Positions 8,245-17,493 of a DNA stretch of 64,000 nucleotides are shown here, one piece after another (positions within the stretch are counted from its first letter, which is position 1; every line of letters starts with the position of its first letter). The translations under genes and the position numbers were made by a program. The notes beneath the pieces were generated by a model, which was given only the letters and a program-made list of their open reading frames with translations, was not told the origin of the DNA and did no database searches. Source of the DNA: an uncultured Alphaproteobacteria bacterium (GTDB taxonomy: Bacteria > Pseudomonadota > Alphaproteobacteria > Micropepsales > Micropepsaceae); NCBI GenBank assembly GCA_903897605.1, contig CAIUCH010000042.1, positions 22,465 through 86,464 on the forward strand, given 5' to 3'.

Positions 8245-9881
8245 GGGTTGCCGCTGGCCTGGTAGGCCGCCAGAGCTTCGGGCGTGTCGATATCCGTGAG
8301 AGGCGCGTCCGACCCGGCCTCGACTTCGCAGATCAATCCCGAATAAGTGGCAAACAGGGCCCGGGCGCCCGCGTCGCCGGAAAGTTCCCGCATCTCGGCG
8401 AAGAAACGATGGGCCCACAGGACAGGATTGCCACGCCTGCCGCCATGAACCGGCACGATGATGGCCCGATCCTCGCCCGGATCGAAGGCGGCGATCAGCC
8501 TGTCGAGCAGGTGCGAATTCACCGAAGGCATGTCACCCAAAAGAATGATGGCTCCATCACAATCGGCCGGTAGTGCGTTAAGACCACAGATGAGAGATGT
8601 GCTCAAACCTTTTGAATAGTCTGGATTATCGGAAAATATGATCGGCAGTTTATCCAGTGCCGCGGCGATCTGGGATTTTCCGTTTCCAGTGACAACAACG
8701 ACATCCGACACCGCGCTTTTCAGTGCCGCCTCCACGACATGGCGGATCATCGGGCGTCCCTCCAGGGGCTGGACCAGCTTGTTGATGTCCGCCCCGGCGG
8801 CCCGCATGCGGGAGGAATGGCCGGCGGCCAAAACGACCGCGCCGATCCGGGGCAGCCGGGGTGCCGTCACCAGCATGCCCTCGCGCGGATGTGGCCTGAC
8901 CGGGCTGTCCGCCAGAAGGCCTCCTACACCCATGGCGGCGATCTCGTCCCGTCCCACCGGCAGACCGGCCAACACGCGCCACAACACAAAATCAAAGCCG
9001 TTCAACCGGGGCGAGCGGGCGCAGCCGGGGAGGCCCAGCACGGTGTGCCCGGCCAATGTTCCTGCCATCAGCAGATTGCCGGGATCCACCGGCATTCCCA
9101 GAACGGCGACATGGCCGCCGGCCCGCTCCAAGGCGGCGGGCAGGACATCGCGGCGGTCGGCGATGGCGCTGGCCCCGAACAGGAGGATGGGATCGGCGCC
9201 GATTTCCATCGCTGCCACAATGGCATCCGCGACCGCGCCGGTTTCATGGGCCACGCGCCGCTCGAACGTAATGGCCGAACCCAACGGTTTCAGCCTTGCA
9301 TCCAGGGCTTCACGATTCTTGTCCAGAAGCGCCGGCTTCATGCCGGGCAGGCGTGTCGAAATCAGCGCCGCCGAACGGACCGCAAAGGGGGCCACGCGAA
9401 TGGCGGACGATGTCTCCAACCGGGTTTCCACCGCCGCGACGCTCGCCGCGCGGACCGCAAAGGGAATGATCTTGATGGTGGCCAGCATCTGTCCGGCCGC
9501 AACCTTGGCGAAGGGCTGCAAGGTGGCGATGGTGATCGCCTCGTCGCAGGCATTGGCCGCCGCAACGGCGCCGGCATCCATCAAAGCCAGCCCGGACGCC
9601 TGCGCATAAAGATTGCTGCGGCCCGTAAAAGCGGCGCCCACCCGCACCGATCCATCCTGGCTTGCCACCGCGCGGGCAATGCGCGCCGCCGCTTCATCCT
9701 CGGCGACGTCGCCGGGCTCGGGCCAGGCAATGGTGATCGTGGAAATTCCAGCGTCCTGAAGCGCCGTAACATCGTCTTCTGTCAGGACGCGCCCTTTGCG
9801 GAGGGAGAATGTCCCCTGGCGCACGCCATGGGCAAGAATTGCGCCGGCCGCGCCGGCAACGGGAAAGCGTCCGAACTGCAT
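8241..9881 (-). CDS. molybdopterin-binding (MoCF/CinA-like) domain fused to MocA-type molybdenum cofactor cytidylyltransferase
   Basis: 546 aa. The C-terminal third, IGAVVLAAGHSSRM...KLVQPLEGRPMIRHVVEAAL...VVVTG...DNPDYSKGLSTSL...ILLGDMP, is a MobA/MocA NTP-transferase fold. The N-terminal two thirds resemble MoeA/CinA-type MoCF-binding proteins. Confidence 0.8.
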   Translation of the reverse strand: MQFGRFPVAGAAGAILAHGVRQGTFSLRKGRVLTEDDVTALQDAGISTITIAWPEPGDVAEDEAAARIARAVASQDGSVRVGAAFTGRSNLYAQASGLALMDAGAVAAANACDEAITIATLQPFAKVAAGQMLATIKIIPFAVRAASVAAVETRLETSSAIRVAPFAVRSAALISTRLPGMKPALLDKNREALDARLKPLGSAITFERRVAHETGAVADAIVAAMEIGADPILLFGASAIADRRDVLPAALERAGGHVAVLGMPVDPGNLLMAGTLAGHTVLGLPGCARSPRLNGFDFVLWRVLAGLPVGRDEIAAMGVGGLLADSPVRPHPREGMLVTAPRLPRIGAVVLAAGHSSRMRAAGADINKLVQPLEGRPMIRHVVEAALKSAVSDVVVVTGNGKSQIAAALDKLPIIFSDNPDYSKGLSTSLICGLNALPADCDGAIILLGDMPSVNSHLLDRLIAAFDPGEDRAIIVPVHGGRRGNPVLWAHRFFAEMRELSGDAGARALFATYSGLICEVEAGSDAPLTDIDTPEALAAYQASGNP

Positions 9882-9898
9882 GGCCCAATCTAGGATGT

Positions 9899-11272
9899 CT
9901 AGGCTTTCGCCGCCATGCGGGGCAGGTGCATGCGGGCCCGAAGACCGCCCTGGCGGCGGTTTTCCAGCACAATCGCCCCGCCATGGCCTTCGGCGATGGC
10001 CTTGGCCAGGGTCAGGCCCAGGCCGGTGCCACCGGTTGCGGCGTTGCGTGAACTTTCCAGCCGCACAAATGGTTCGAACACCCGGATACGTTCATCTTCG
10101 GGAATGCCAGGGCCTTCGTCCTCGACCACGATGTCATAACCATCGCTGTTGTTGGCGATCTGGACGTCGGCCTTGTTGCCATAGGCCACCGCATTTTCGA
10201 CCAGATTGCGCACGGCGCGGCGAATCTCGTTGGGACGGCAGCTGACGGGCGCAGGCGCATGGTTCTGATAGGTCACCGGCTCGCCCAAATCATCGAGATC
10301 GGCGCAGATGCTTTCCACCAGCGCGGAGAGGTCGACGCTGCGCTTGCTTTCGCCGCTGGCGCCGCGCGCCGCCGCCAGCACCTGCTCGGTCAGAGCCTGC
10401 AACTCGTCGAGATTTTGCTGCAGGCCTTCGCGCAATTCCTCTTCCTCGACGAATTCCAGATTGATGCGCATCGCGGTGATCGGCGTGCGCAGATCATGGC
10501 CGACCGCCGACAAAAGGTGGCGCTGGCTTTCCATCGTGCGGGCGACTTTTTCGGTCATCTGATTGAAAGCGATGGCCGCGTTCCGGACATCATCCGGGCC
10601 GATTTCGGCGACATGAGGGGCGGTACCGCCGCGCGCCACCACCGAGGCGGCGGTGGTGAGATCGTAAAGCGGGCGCACCACGCGTCTTGCCATCAAGGCC
10701 GCGCCGGCGGACGCAACCAGGATTGCCATCGCCGCCGCGGCGATGATTTCCACCGGCCAGCTCGGCTTGGAGCGCAGGAACACCATCGAAATGGAATTTT
10801 TGGCATCGAGCGGAATGACAAGCCGCATCGCCTCGTCATTGTCATCATTGTGGGCAGGCAGCAGATGCGTGGGGATGTCGCGAAGCTGCTCATGCAGCAG
10901 AACGGTAACTTGGCCGACACGGGCTTTGGGCGGCAAGGACGCGGTAAGGCGCTGGGCCAGACGCGCGCCCTCTTCGCTCATGGGGCGGGTTACGCCTTCC
11001 CCGGGGCGAAGCTCGGTAAATTGCCACAAATGGGGCGAGTTCATCGCGCGCATGACGGCGCCGCGAGAACTGGGCGGAATAGCACTCAAAGTAGCGGCGA
11101 CGGCAGCCCCGCGGTCGAGCACGCGTTCGTTCAACGCGGTTTCCCTCTGCCTTTCGCTGCCGATTTCGAACCACCAGGCGACGGCAAAGTTGGAGATGAC
11201 CACCGCCGCGGCTGTCACCGCGATCAATTGCACCACCAGGGTACGCGGCCAGATTTTAAGTCGTCCCTTCAC
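9899..11272 (-). CDS. sensor histidine kinase (two TM segments, periplasmic loop, HAMP, HisKA, HATPase)
   Basis: 457 aa with the H-box LSAVGHDLRTPITAM, the N/G boxes NLVENAVAYG and DEGPGIP, and GGTGLGLTLAKAI. It overlaps the upstream response regulator by 4 nt. Confidence 0.9.
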   Translation of the reverse strand: MKGRLKIWPRTLVVQLIAVTAAAVVISNFAVAWWFEIGSERQRETALNERVLDRGAAVAATLSAIPPSSRGAVMRAMNSPHLWQFTELRPGEGVTRPMSEEGARLAQRLTASLPPKARVGQVTVLLHEQLRDIPTHLLPAHNDDNDEAMRLVIPLDAKNSISMVFLRSKPSWPVEIIAAAAMAILVASAGAALMARRVVRPLYDLTTAASVVARGGTAPHVAEIGPDDVRNAAIAFNQMTEKVARTMESQRHLLSAVGHDLRTPITAMRINLEFVEEEELREGLQQNLDELQALTEQVLAAARGASGESKRSVDLSALVESICADLDDLGEPVTYQNHAPAPVSCRPNEIRRAVRNLVENAVAYGNKADVQIANNSDGYDIVVEDEGPGIPEDERIRVFEPFVRLESSRNAATGGTGLGLTLAKAIAEGHGGAIVLENRRQGGLRARMHLPRMAAKA

Positions 11273-12018
11273 GCCGCTTCCGGCTCCATCGCAAAGATGT
11301 AGCCGCCTCCCCAGACCGTCTTAATATAGCGGGGATTCTTGGGATCGGGTTCGATTTTCTTGCGCAGCCGGCTGACATGGTTATCGATCGAACGGTCGAA
11401 CAGGTCGGCGTCGCGCCCCTTGGTGAGATCGAGCAGCTGGTTGCGGGTCAGCGCGATCTTCGGCCGTTCGAGCAGCGCGGTGAGCAGCCTGAATTCGCCG
11501 GAGGATAAAGGCAGCGCCACTCCGTCCGGACCGATCAATTCGCGCTGGCCGGTGTCCAGGGTCCATTCTCCGAACCGGATGCGTTCGGCGCCGGGCGGCT
11601 TCTGACGTGGCGGCAGCGCCTGGGTACGCCGCAGCACGGCGGTAACCCGGGCAATCAATTCACGCGGCGAGAAGGGCTTGGCGATATAATCGTCGGCACC
11701 CATCTCCAGGCCGATAATGCGGTCCACTTCCTCGCCCCGGGCGGTCAGAAGGATCACGGGGATTTGTGAGGTCTCGCGAATGGACCGGCAAAGGCTGAGT
11801 CCATCCTCGCCGGGCATCATGATATCCAGCACCAGAAGATCGATCGCCGATCCTTTCAGAACTTTGCGGGCGGCAGCGGAATCCGGCGCGGTGGTGGCGC
11901 GATATCCATGTTCGCGCAAATAGCGCGCCAGGGGTTCGCGGATATCACGGGCATCCTCGACCAGAAGGATATGTGGCTTGGTCTCGTCCTTGTTCATTGA
12001 ACGCAACTTTGTGGTCAT
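11269..12018 (-). CDS. OmpR-family response regulator
   Basis: The receiver domain has ILLVEDA...DLLVLDIMMPGEDG and the winged-helix C-terminus has YIKTVWGGGYIF. The start is ambiguous (ATG at 12018 or 11997; the ORF-track start is 12039). Confidence 0.88.
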   Translation of the reverse strand: MTTKLRSMNKDETKPHILLVEDARDIREPLARYLREHGYRATTAPDSAAARKVLKGSAIDLLVLDIMMPGEDGLSLCRSIRETSQIPVILLTARGEEVDRIIGLEMGADDYIAKPFSPRELIARVTAVLRRTQALPPRQKPPGAERIRFGEWTLDTGQRELIGPDGVALPLSSGEFRLLTALLERPKIALTRNQLLDLTKGRDADLFDRSIDNHVSRLRKKIEPDPKNPRYIKTVWGGGYIFAMEPEAA

Positions 12019-12058
12019 CGCGTGCCCCCACGCAAACAAGGATTTGTCGCAAACCCTG

Positions 12059-12724
12059 TCAGGTGCGCAGAGTCTGGGTCATTTGCGCCAAAATCGAAAG
12101 AGCTATTTCGGCAGGGCTGCGGGCCCCGATGGCAAGTCCCACCGGTCCGCGGATGCGGGCCAGGGCTTCTTGCGCAAAACCCCGCCCCGCCAGCCGCTCC
12201 AGACGTGCCGCATGGGTCTTCTTGGAACCCAGGGCGCCGATATAGAAAGCGGGCGATGTCAAACCCGCCTCAAGCGCCGGGTCATCTATCTTGGGGTCAT
12301 GCGCCAGGACGACAAGCGCGGTGCGGTTCCCGGCAGGGGTCTTGGCAAAAAACGCGTCCGGCCAATCCGGATGAAGCGTCACGCCCGGAAAGCGGGCTTC
12401 GGTGGCGAAGGCGGCGCGTGGATCGACAACGCGCACCGCATAGCCCGCCAGCCGGGCCATCGCCGCCAGCGGCTGGGCGATATGGACAGCCCCGACCAGG
12501 ACAAGTTCCAGGGGGGGATTGTGGACTTCCAGGAACCAATTGCGCTCATCGATTTTAATCTCGCCGCTGGTATCTGACCGGGCGGCGGCCCGGGCCGCCA
12601 AGCCAAGCGGTGATTCGTCGGAAAATGGGTCGATCAGCTTTTCGCTGCCATCCGACCGGTCCAAGGCCCGCACCCAGGTCCTGGCGCCGCCATCCGTCAA
12701 CGCATCAAGCGTTGCGCGTTTCAT
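12059..12724 (-). CDS. XdhC-family Mo-cofactor insertion chaperone, Rossmann-domain protein
   Basis: 221 aa. LVLVGAVHIAQPLAAMARLAGYAVRVVDPR ... DDPALEAGLTSPAFYIGALGSKKTHAARL ... GPVGLAIGARSPAEIALSILAQM is the XdhC C-terminal domain. Its start overlaps the upstream stop (ATGA at 12721-12724). Confidence 0.85.
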   Translation of the reverse strand: MKRATLDALTDGGARTWVRALDRSDGSEKLIDPFSDESPLGLAARAAARSDTSGEIKIDERNWFLEVHNPPLELVLVGAVHIAQPLAAMARLAGYAVRVVDPRAAFATEARFPGVTLHPDWPDAFFAKTPAGNRTALVVLAHDPKIDDPALEAGLTSPAFYIGALGSKKTHAARLERLAGRGFAQEALARIRGPVGLAIGARSPAEIALSILAQMTQTLRT

Positions 12725-13077
12725 TCGCCGATCGCTTCGACGAAAATCCGGATGCGGCCGCCGCAGGCGAGCCCGACGTCCCAGGCCCGGGCATCGGTGA
12801 CGCCGAACTCCAGATTGCGGCTTTCGCCATCTGCGATGGTTTGCAGCGCTGCCTCGATCACGGCGCTCTCGACACAGCCCCCCGATACGGAACCGAGAAA
12901 TGCACCGTCATCGCGCACGGCAATCTGGCTGCCGGCAGGACGCGGCGCCGAACCCCAAGTCTGAATCACTGTTCCCAGTGCGACCTTGTGACCGGCCACC
13001 AGCCACGCCGCCGCAGTTTGGAGTTCCTCGCTCACCCGCGAAGTGTCCGCCGCCGCCGTCAAAAGTACAAGCACCAA
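12721..13077 (-). CDS. XdhC/CoxI-family small protein (N-terminal domain only)
   Basis: 118 aa. VALGTVIQTWGSAPRPAGSQIAVRDDGAFLGSVSGGCVESAV ... GLACGGRIRIFVE matches the XdhC_CoxI N-domain. Confidence 0.8.
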   Translation of the reverse strand: MVLVLLTAAADTSRVSEELQTAAAWLVAGHKVALGTVIQTWGSAPRPAGSQIAVRDDGAFLGSVSGGCVESAVIEAALQTIADGESRNLEFGVTDARAWDVGLACGGRIRIFVEAIGE

Positions 13078-13248
13078 GAAAGCCGCAAGGAAGGCACGCG
13101 AATGCCGAACTGCAACCGGGACGATAAAAGTTACAACCTGCGATCACGCGCGCGCCAAAAAATATTCCTGCGAGGCATTGTAAATTGAGTTACCAACACG
13201 ATTGTTTGTGGCAGGGTTCAGGCAAGAACAAGAATAATGGAGGTCTCG

Positions 13249-13797
13249 ATGGAGCACGGCGCACAACCGTCCTCGCCGGACGCGCGAAAGGCGCCCACGC
13301 AGACCGAGTCTTCCAGAATACAAGGCCAGGTGAAATGGTTCGATTTCGCCAAGGGCTACGGCTTCATCGCGCCGTCGGACGGCAGCGCCGACATTTTGCT
13401 GCACCAGGCTTGTGTGCGGCAGTCCGGCTTCAAGATGATCAAGGAAGGCGCCACCGTGGTTTGTGACGTGATCCCGGGCGCACGGGGCTTGCAGGCGTGC
13501 CGGCTGGTCTCGCTGGACAATTCCACCGCGCATCCCATGCCCAACCACGCCGAACGGGTGCCGCGGCCGATCGCGCAGCCGCGCGGGGCCTGGCATGAGG
13601 GTGTGGTCAAATGGTTCAACCGCGCCAAGGGCTATGGTTTTCTCTCGCGCGGACCTGGCACGGCGGACATCTTTGTGCATATGGAGACCCTCAGGCTTTC
13701 CGGGATCGGCGAGTTGCGCGAGGGCCAGAATGTGCGACTCCGGATCGGGGACGGCCCCAAGGGCGAGCTGGCGGCCGAGTTGGAATTGCTGGATTAA
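13249..13797 (+). CDS. cold-shock protein with two tandem CSDs
   Basis: There are two CSD copies ([27 protein letters not shown] and [27 protein letters not shown]). I chose the ATG at 13249 because a GGAGG lies 5 nt upstream; the ORF-track ATG is at 13237. Confidence 0.88.
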   Translation: MEHGAQPSSPDARKAPTQTESSRIQGQVKWFDFAKGYGFIAPSDGSADILLHQACVRQSGFKMIKEGATVVCDVIPGARGLQACRLVSLDNSTAHPMPNHAERVPRPIAQPRGAWHEGVVKWFNRAKGYGFLSRGPGTADIFVHMETLRLSGIGELREGQNVRLRIGDGPKGELAAELELLD

Positions 13798-13863
13798 AGC
13801 TCCCGCCGATTGATTTCCGCGACGCCCGCTTTTAAGCAGGAGCCTTCTTTTCGAGGAAAAACG

Positions 13864-14334
13864 ATGCGCGCGCGGCTCCCTCTTGTCCTTGGCTTTCTGG
13901 CGCTGGTTTTTTCCGCCAGCGCATCGGCTGCGCCGCCGCCCAGCCTGCCGGTCGAAACCATCAACATCGACACCAAGGCCGGCCCCCATGCCTTCTCGGT
14001 GGAGGTCGCCGCCGACGATGAAACCCGCGAGCGAGGTCTGATGTACCGGATGTCGATGGCGCCCGATGCGGGCATGCTGTTTGATTTCCACACGCCCCAG
14101 CTGGTGAGTTTCTGGATGGAAAATACCGTCATTCCCCTGGACATGCTGTTCGTCCGTGCCGACGGCACGATTGCGCGGATCAAGGAAAACGCCACACCCT
14201 ATTCGCGGGAAAACATCCCCTCCGGCGAGCCGATTGAGCTGGTGATCGAACTGAATGGGGGCCGTGCCGCGGCGCTGGGGATCGTCGAGGGCGCAAAGAT
14301 TCACGCCCCGGACCTGGCCAAAAAGACCCATTAA
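13864..14334 (+). CDS. DUF192 domain-containing periplasmic protein
   Basis: The internal start MRARLPLVLGFLALVFSASASA gives a signal peptide. ETRERGLMYR...GMLFDF...FWMENTVIPLDMLF is the DUF192 pattern. Confidence 0.75.
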   Translation: MRARLPLVLGFLALVFSASASAAPPPSLPVETINIDTKAGPHAFSVEVAADDETRERGLMYRMSMAPDAGMLFDFHTPQLVSFWMENTVIPLDMLFVRADGTIARIKENATPYSRENIPSGEPIELVIELNGGRAAALGIVEGAKIHAPDLAKKTH

Positions 14335-14406
14335 TGAAGCATTTCGGGGTTCGGTTGCCCGCCCCCGGCACAGCGTGTATGGAACCGGACGCAATTCAGT
14401 CAGAGC

Positions 14407-14483
14407 CGGAGCGTAGCGCAGCCTGGTAGCGCATCTGCTTTGGGAGCAGAGGGTCGTGTGTTCGAATCACACCGCTCCGACCA
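14407..14483 (+). tRNA. tRNA-Pro (anticodon TGG)
   Basis: I folded the cloverleaf by hand: acceptor CGGAGCG/CGCTCCG, D arm GCGC/GCGC, anticodon stem TCTGC/GCAGA with loop TTTGGGA, T arm GTGTG-TTCGAAT-CACAC, discriminator A and an encoded CCA. Confidence 0.93.
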
Positions 14484-14486
14484 TCC

Positions 14487-14525
14487 CCGTTTTCGTTCGC
14501 GTGCGTAGCACGCTTACGAAAACGG
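14487..14525 (+). terminator. nested hairpin immediately downstream of tRNA-Pro
   Basis: In CCGTTTTCGT-TC-GCGTGC-GTA-GCACGC-TT-ACGAAAACGG, a 10-bp outer stem and a 6-bp inner stem are both perfect. No clear T-tract follows, so a terminator role is only inferred. Confidence 0.4.
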
Positions 14526-14609
14526 AGGACCGCTACCCGCGCATAGCGAGGGCGGATTGTGATATAAGGACGGTGGAGTGAAACACCGTGTGAACTGAGG
14601 AATACGGAC

Positions 14610-14915
14610 ATGCGCGCGCGCATTTACAGACCGGCCAAGAACGCCATGCAGTCGGGAAAAGCCCGGTCGAAGTCATGGCTGTTGGAATATGTACCGGAAA
14701 GCGCGCGGGTGCCCGATCCGCTGATGGGCTGGACCAGCTCGAACGATATGCGCCAGCAGCTGGCGCTGGAGTTCGACACGCGGGAGGAGGCGGTCGCCTA
14801 TGCCGAAAAGCATGGCATCGCCTACCAGGTCTATGAGCCGCATGGGGTCACGCCGCGGGCGAAATCTTATTCCGACAATTTCCGTTTCGACCGCAAGCAG
14901 CCCTGGTCGCATTAG
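14610..14915 (+). CDS. ETC complex I subunit conserved-region protein (NDUFS4-like)
   Basis: 101 aa. MRARIYRPAKNAMQSGKA...WLLEY...DPLMGWTSSNDM...QLALEFDTREEAVAYAEKHGI matches the alphaproteobacterial homolog of mitochondrial NDUFS4. Confidence 0.85.
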   Translation: MRARIYRPAKNAMQSGKARSKSWLLEYVPESARVPDPLMGWTSSNDMRQQLALEFDTREEAVAYAEKHGIAYQVYEPHGVTPRAKSYSDNFRFDRKQPWSH

Positions 14916-15074
14916 TGCGGAGGCTCGGGCTGTCCGCTGACGCGGCCCTCGCTCTGCAGATTCCTATAACTGGCCACGGCTTTTGGAGCCGTATCTTTCG
15001 GGCCGGATTCTTGGGGGGCGACGAAGTCGTTTCGGGCTAATTCTTTGAAGGTTTTTGCCCTAGATTGTCGGTAA

Positions 15075-15151
<77 letters not shown>

Positions 15152-15171
15152 TCGCCTCAAAGAGGCGTTGG

Positions 15172-15486
15172 TTATTCGGCGGCAACCAGGCGCCGCTCCG
15201 CGCTTTCCACCACCATCGGCGTTTCCCAGTCCTGGCGATCGGGCGTCGAGGCCCAACGCGTGGCCATTTTCGCGGTCCAATCGGCGGTATAGAACGTGTC
15301 GGCGGCATCCCGGTTTTTCCAAAGATAGATGCCGACCAGCGCCGTGCCGTCCGGCGTGATCCCGTAATATTTGCGGATCAATCCCGGGATGCCTTCGTAA
15401 TTGTGCGCCGTGGCCTTGATGGTCTCGACCACCTCGGCCTTTGCCATGCCAGTGGGCAGCTTGAAAGTCCACATGACGGTGTGCAT
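15172..15486 (-). CDS. YdhR-like (dimeric alpha/beta barrel, putative monooxygenase) protein
   Basis: 104 aa. The overall pattern (GIPGLIRKYYG...GIYLWKNRDAADTFY) resembles the YdhR family. The family call is from memory. Confidence 0.55.
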   Translation of the reverse strand: MHTVMWTFKLPTGMAKAEVVETIKATAHNYEGIPGLIRKYYGITPDGTALVGIYLWKNRDAADTFYTADWTAKMATRWASTPDRQDWETPMVVESAERRLVAAE

Positions 15487-15580
15487 GGAGTGTCTCCAGA
15501 AGAATTCGAATTGTCACGACCTTTGACGAGGGAGCATATCGCCAAACTCCAGCATTGTCCTCTTCGCCCCGGGATATCGG

Positions 15581-17431
15581 CTATTCCGCTGCTTTTTCAA
15601 CATCCGATTTTGCGGAACGCCGCGCGAAGACCAGCACATGGTGGATGGTCTCCTTCAGGCCGGTGGTGACGACATCGCATTCGGTCGCTTCGATGCTGTC
15701 CAAATAACGCGAATGATCATCGCCCAGGCCCCAGAACACCGCCATCACCGGCACGCCCGGCGCATGCTTGCGCAGCCGGCGCACTTGATAGCGCGCGTTT
15801 TTGTAGGTGCCCGGTTCCAGGTAGGAAACACAGATCACTTGCACGGCCGTCACGTCCAGGGAAGCGATTTGGGCCGCTGATGACTGATCCGACGACACCA
15901 CCTGCGCTCCCACGCCGTATTTCTGCAGCATGTCCACCAACAGCATCGCCGCGGCCTCGTCCAGCGGCCCGCGTCCGGCAATGCACAGAACCGGCTTGCC
16001 ACCCCGCCAGGCAGGCGGCAATTCGACCGGCTTGATGCCAGTTTCGTCCTTGCGCTCTGACAAATTGAGGATCACGCCTTCGATCGCATCGCGGATGCGC
16101 GTCTGCCGTGTCGCGTCGAGCACGCCGCGATTGACGTCCGCCTGCGCCAGCATCAGAGCGCGGGCGACGACCTCGTCATAATAGGCCGCCAAGGTGCTGT
16201 GACGCAGAAACTCCTCCGCGTCCTCGGTGGCATCGTCCGGGTCCTCCGCCAGCATTCGCAGATAGAGACTTTCCTCGGTCTTGAGCGCCGGCGTGTCGCC
16301 CAGCATCACGTCCAGGAATTTCAGGCTATCGATATGCCGTCCCAGAACGACGAAGCACATGGTGAGCGGCGTGGAGAGCAAGAGACCGACAGGCCCCCAC
16401 AGCCATGTCCAGAACACCGCCGCCACCACCACCGCCACGGCGGAAAGTCCCATGCTGCGGCCATAGACAAAAGGCTCGATCATCTGGCCGACAATGGCTT
16501 CGACCGACCCGAACAGCGCCATGGTCGAAAACAGCATCGACCAGCCGGGATCCACCGCCACCGCCAAGGTGGCGGGAAATAGAAAGGCGATGGGTACGCC
16601 GACATAAGGCACGAAGCGGAACAGCATGCCGATCAGCGCCCACAGGCCGGAATTGGGAACCCCGATCAGAAAAAGCCCAACCCCAATGGTGGCGCCGAAA
16701 CAGGCATTGATGATGGTCTGCAACGCCAGGTAACGCGACAGCCGCGACGCCGCTTCATCCAAAGCCACCGCCGTGCGCTGCATGTCGTTCGATCCCGCCA
16801 GCCGCACGAAGCGGTCTCGCAGGTCATCCTTCTGCAGCATGATGAAACCGACAAACACCAGCACCAGCGCCAGGGTGGCCAGCGGTTCCAGAAGCGGGCC
16901 CAGGATGGTCTGGGCTACTTCCCAGGGTGCGACGGTTTGGCGGCGTATCTCCACCGGCACCGGCTTTTCTTCCGGCAGTGCGCCGGCGACGGGCTGGTTC
17001 TGCTGATCGCGGTTACCGGTGATCTGATCGGCCAAAATTTCGATGGTCTGGTTCAGCCGGGCGATGGTGCCGTGACCGGTCGAGCCGCGGATGGATTGGA
17101 TTTTGTGGCCGATATTGGTCTGGTAGCGGGGCAGATCGCCGGCAAGACCCGCGAATTGCGCGCCGACAAAGGCGCCGATCGCCGACAGGATCACCAGCGC
17201 CAGCGCCAGGCTGAGCAGGATGGCGGGGACATGCCCCAGCCGCAGGTGACGCAGCACCGCCACCAGCGGCGCGATGGCGAAAGACATCAACACCGCCAGC
17301 GCCAAGGGCATCAGCACCGGGCGTCCGAAATAAAGCCCGCATACCACCACGGCCGCGATTACGGCGGTCATGAATTTGGGGGTCAGCGCATCGGTCACAG
17401 GTACGCGGGCAGGCATGCGGAGATCGGCCAT
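15581..17431 (-). CDS. AI-2E (PerM/YhhT) family transporter with long cytoplasmic C-terminal extension
   Basis: 616 aa. Residues up to about 370 have the multi-TM AI-2E layout (FRFVPYVGVPIA, VGQMIEPFVYGRSMGLS, LWGPVGLLLSTPLT). Residues from about 375 to 616 are soluble (see finding). Confidence 0.85.
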   Translation of the reverse strand: MADLRMPARVPVTDALTPKFMTAVIAAVVVCGLYFGRPVLMPLALAVLMSFAIAPLVAVLRHLRLGHVPAILLSLALALVILSAIGAFVGAQFAGLAGDLPRYQTNIGHKIQSIRGSTGHGTIARLNQTIEILADQITGNRDQQNQPVAGALPEEKPVPVEIRRQTVAPWEVAQTILGPLLEPLATLALVLVFVGFIMLQKDDLRDRFVRLAGSNDMQRTAVALDEAASRLSRYLALQTIINACFGATIGVGLFLIGVPNSGLWALIGMLFRFVPYVGVPIAFLFPATLAVAVDPGWSMLFSTMALFGSVEAIVGQMIEPFVYGRSMGLSAVAVVVAAVFWTWLWGPVGLLLSTPLTMCFVVLGRHIDSLKFLDVMLGDTPALKTEESLYLRMLAEDPDDATEDAEEFLRHSTLAAYYDEVVARALMLAQADVNRGVLDATRQTRIRDAIEGVILNLSERKDETGIKPVELPPAWRGGKPVLCIAGRGPLDEAAAMLLVDMLQKYGVGAQVVSSDQSSAAQIASLDVTAVQVICVSYLEPGTYKNARYQVRRLRKHAPGVPVMAVFWGLGDDHSRYLDSIEATECDVVTTGLKETIHHVLVFARRSAKSDVEKAAE

Positions 17432-17493
17432 GAAGCTCCAGGGCCGCGGCAGCGCGGCTTGAGTCCACTATAGCGCATGAAATTGCGGTTCGT

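Noticed and set aside
12059-13077. The two XdhC ORFs as a frameshifted pseudogene of a single xdhC.
   Set aside because: The junction is a clean ATGA stop/start overlap. The second ORF has its own N-terminal region of about 80 aa before the Rossmann domain. This is consistent with a natural two-gene arrangement, not a broken gene.
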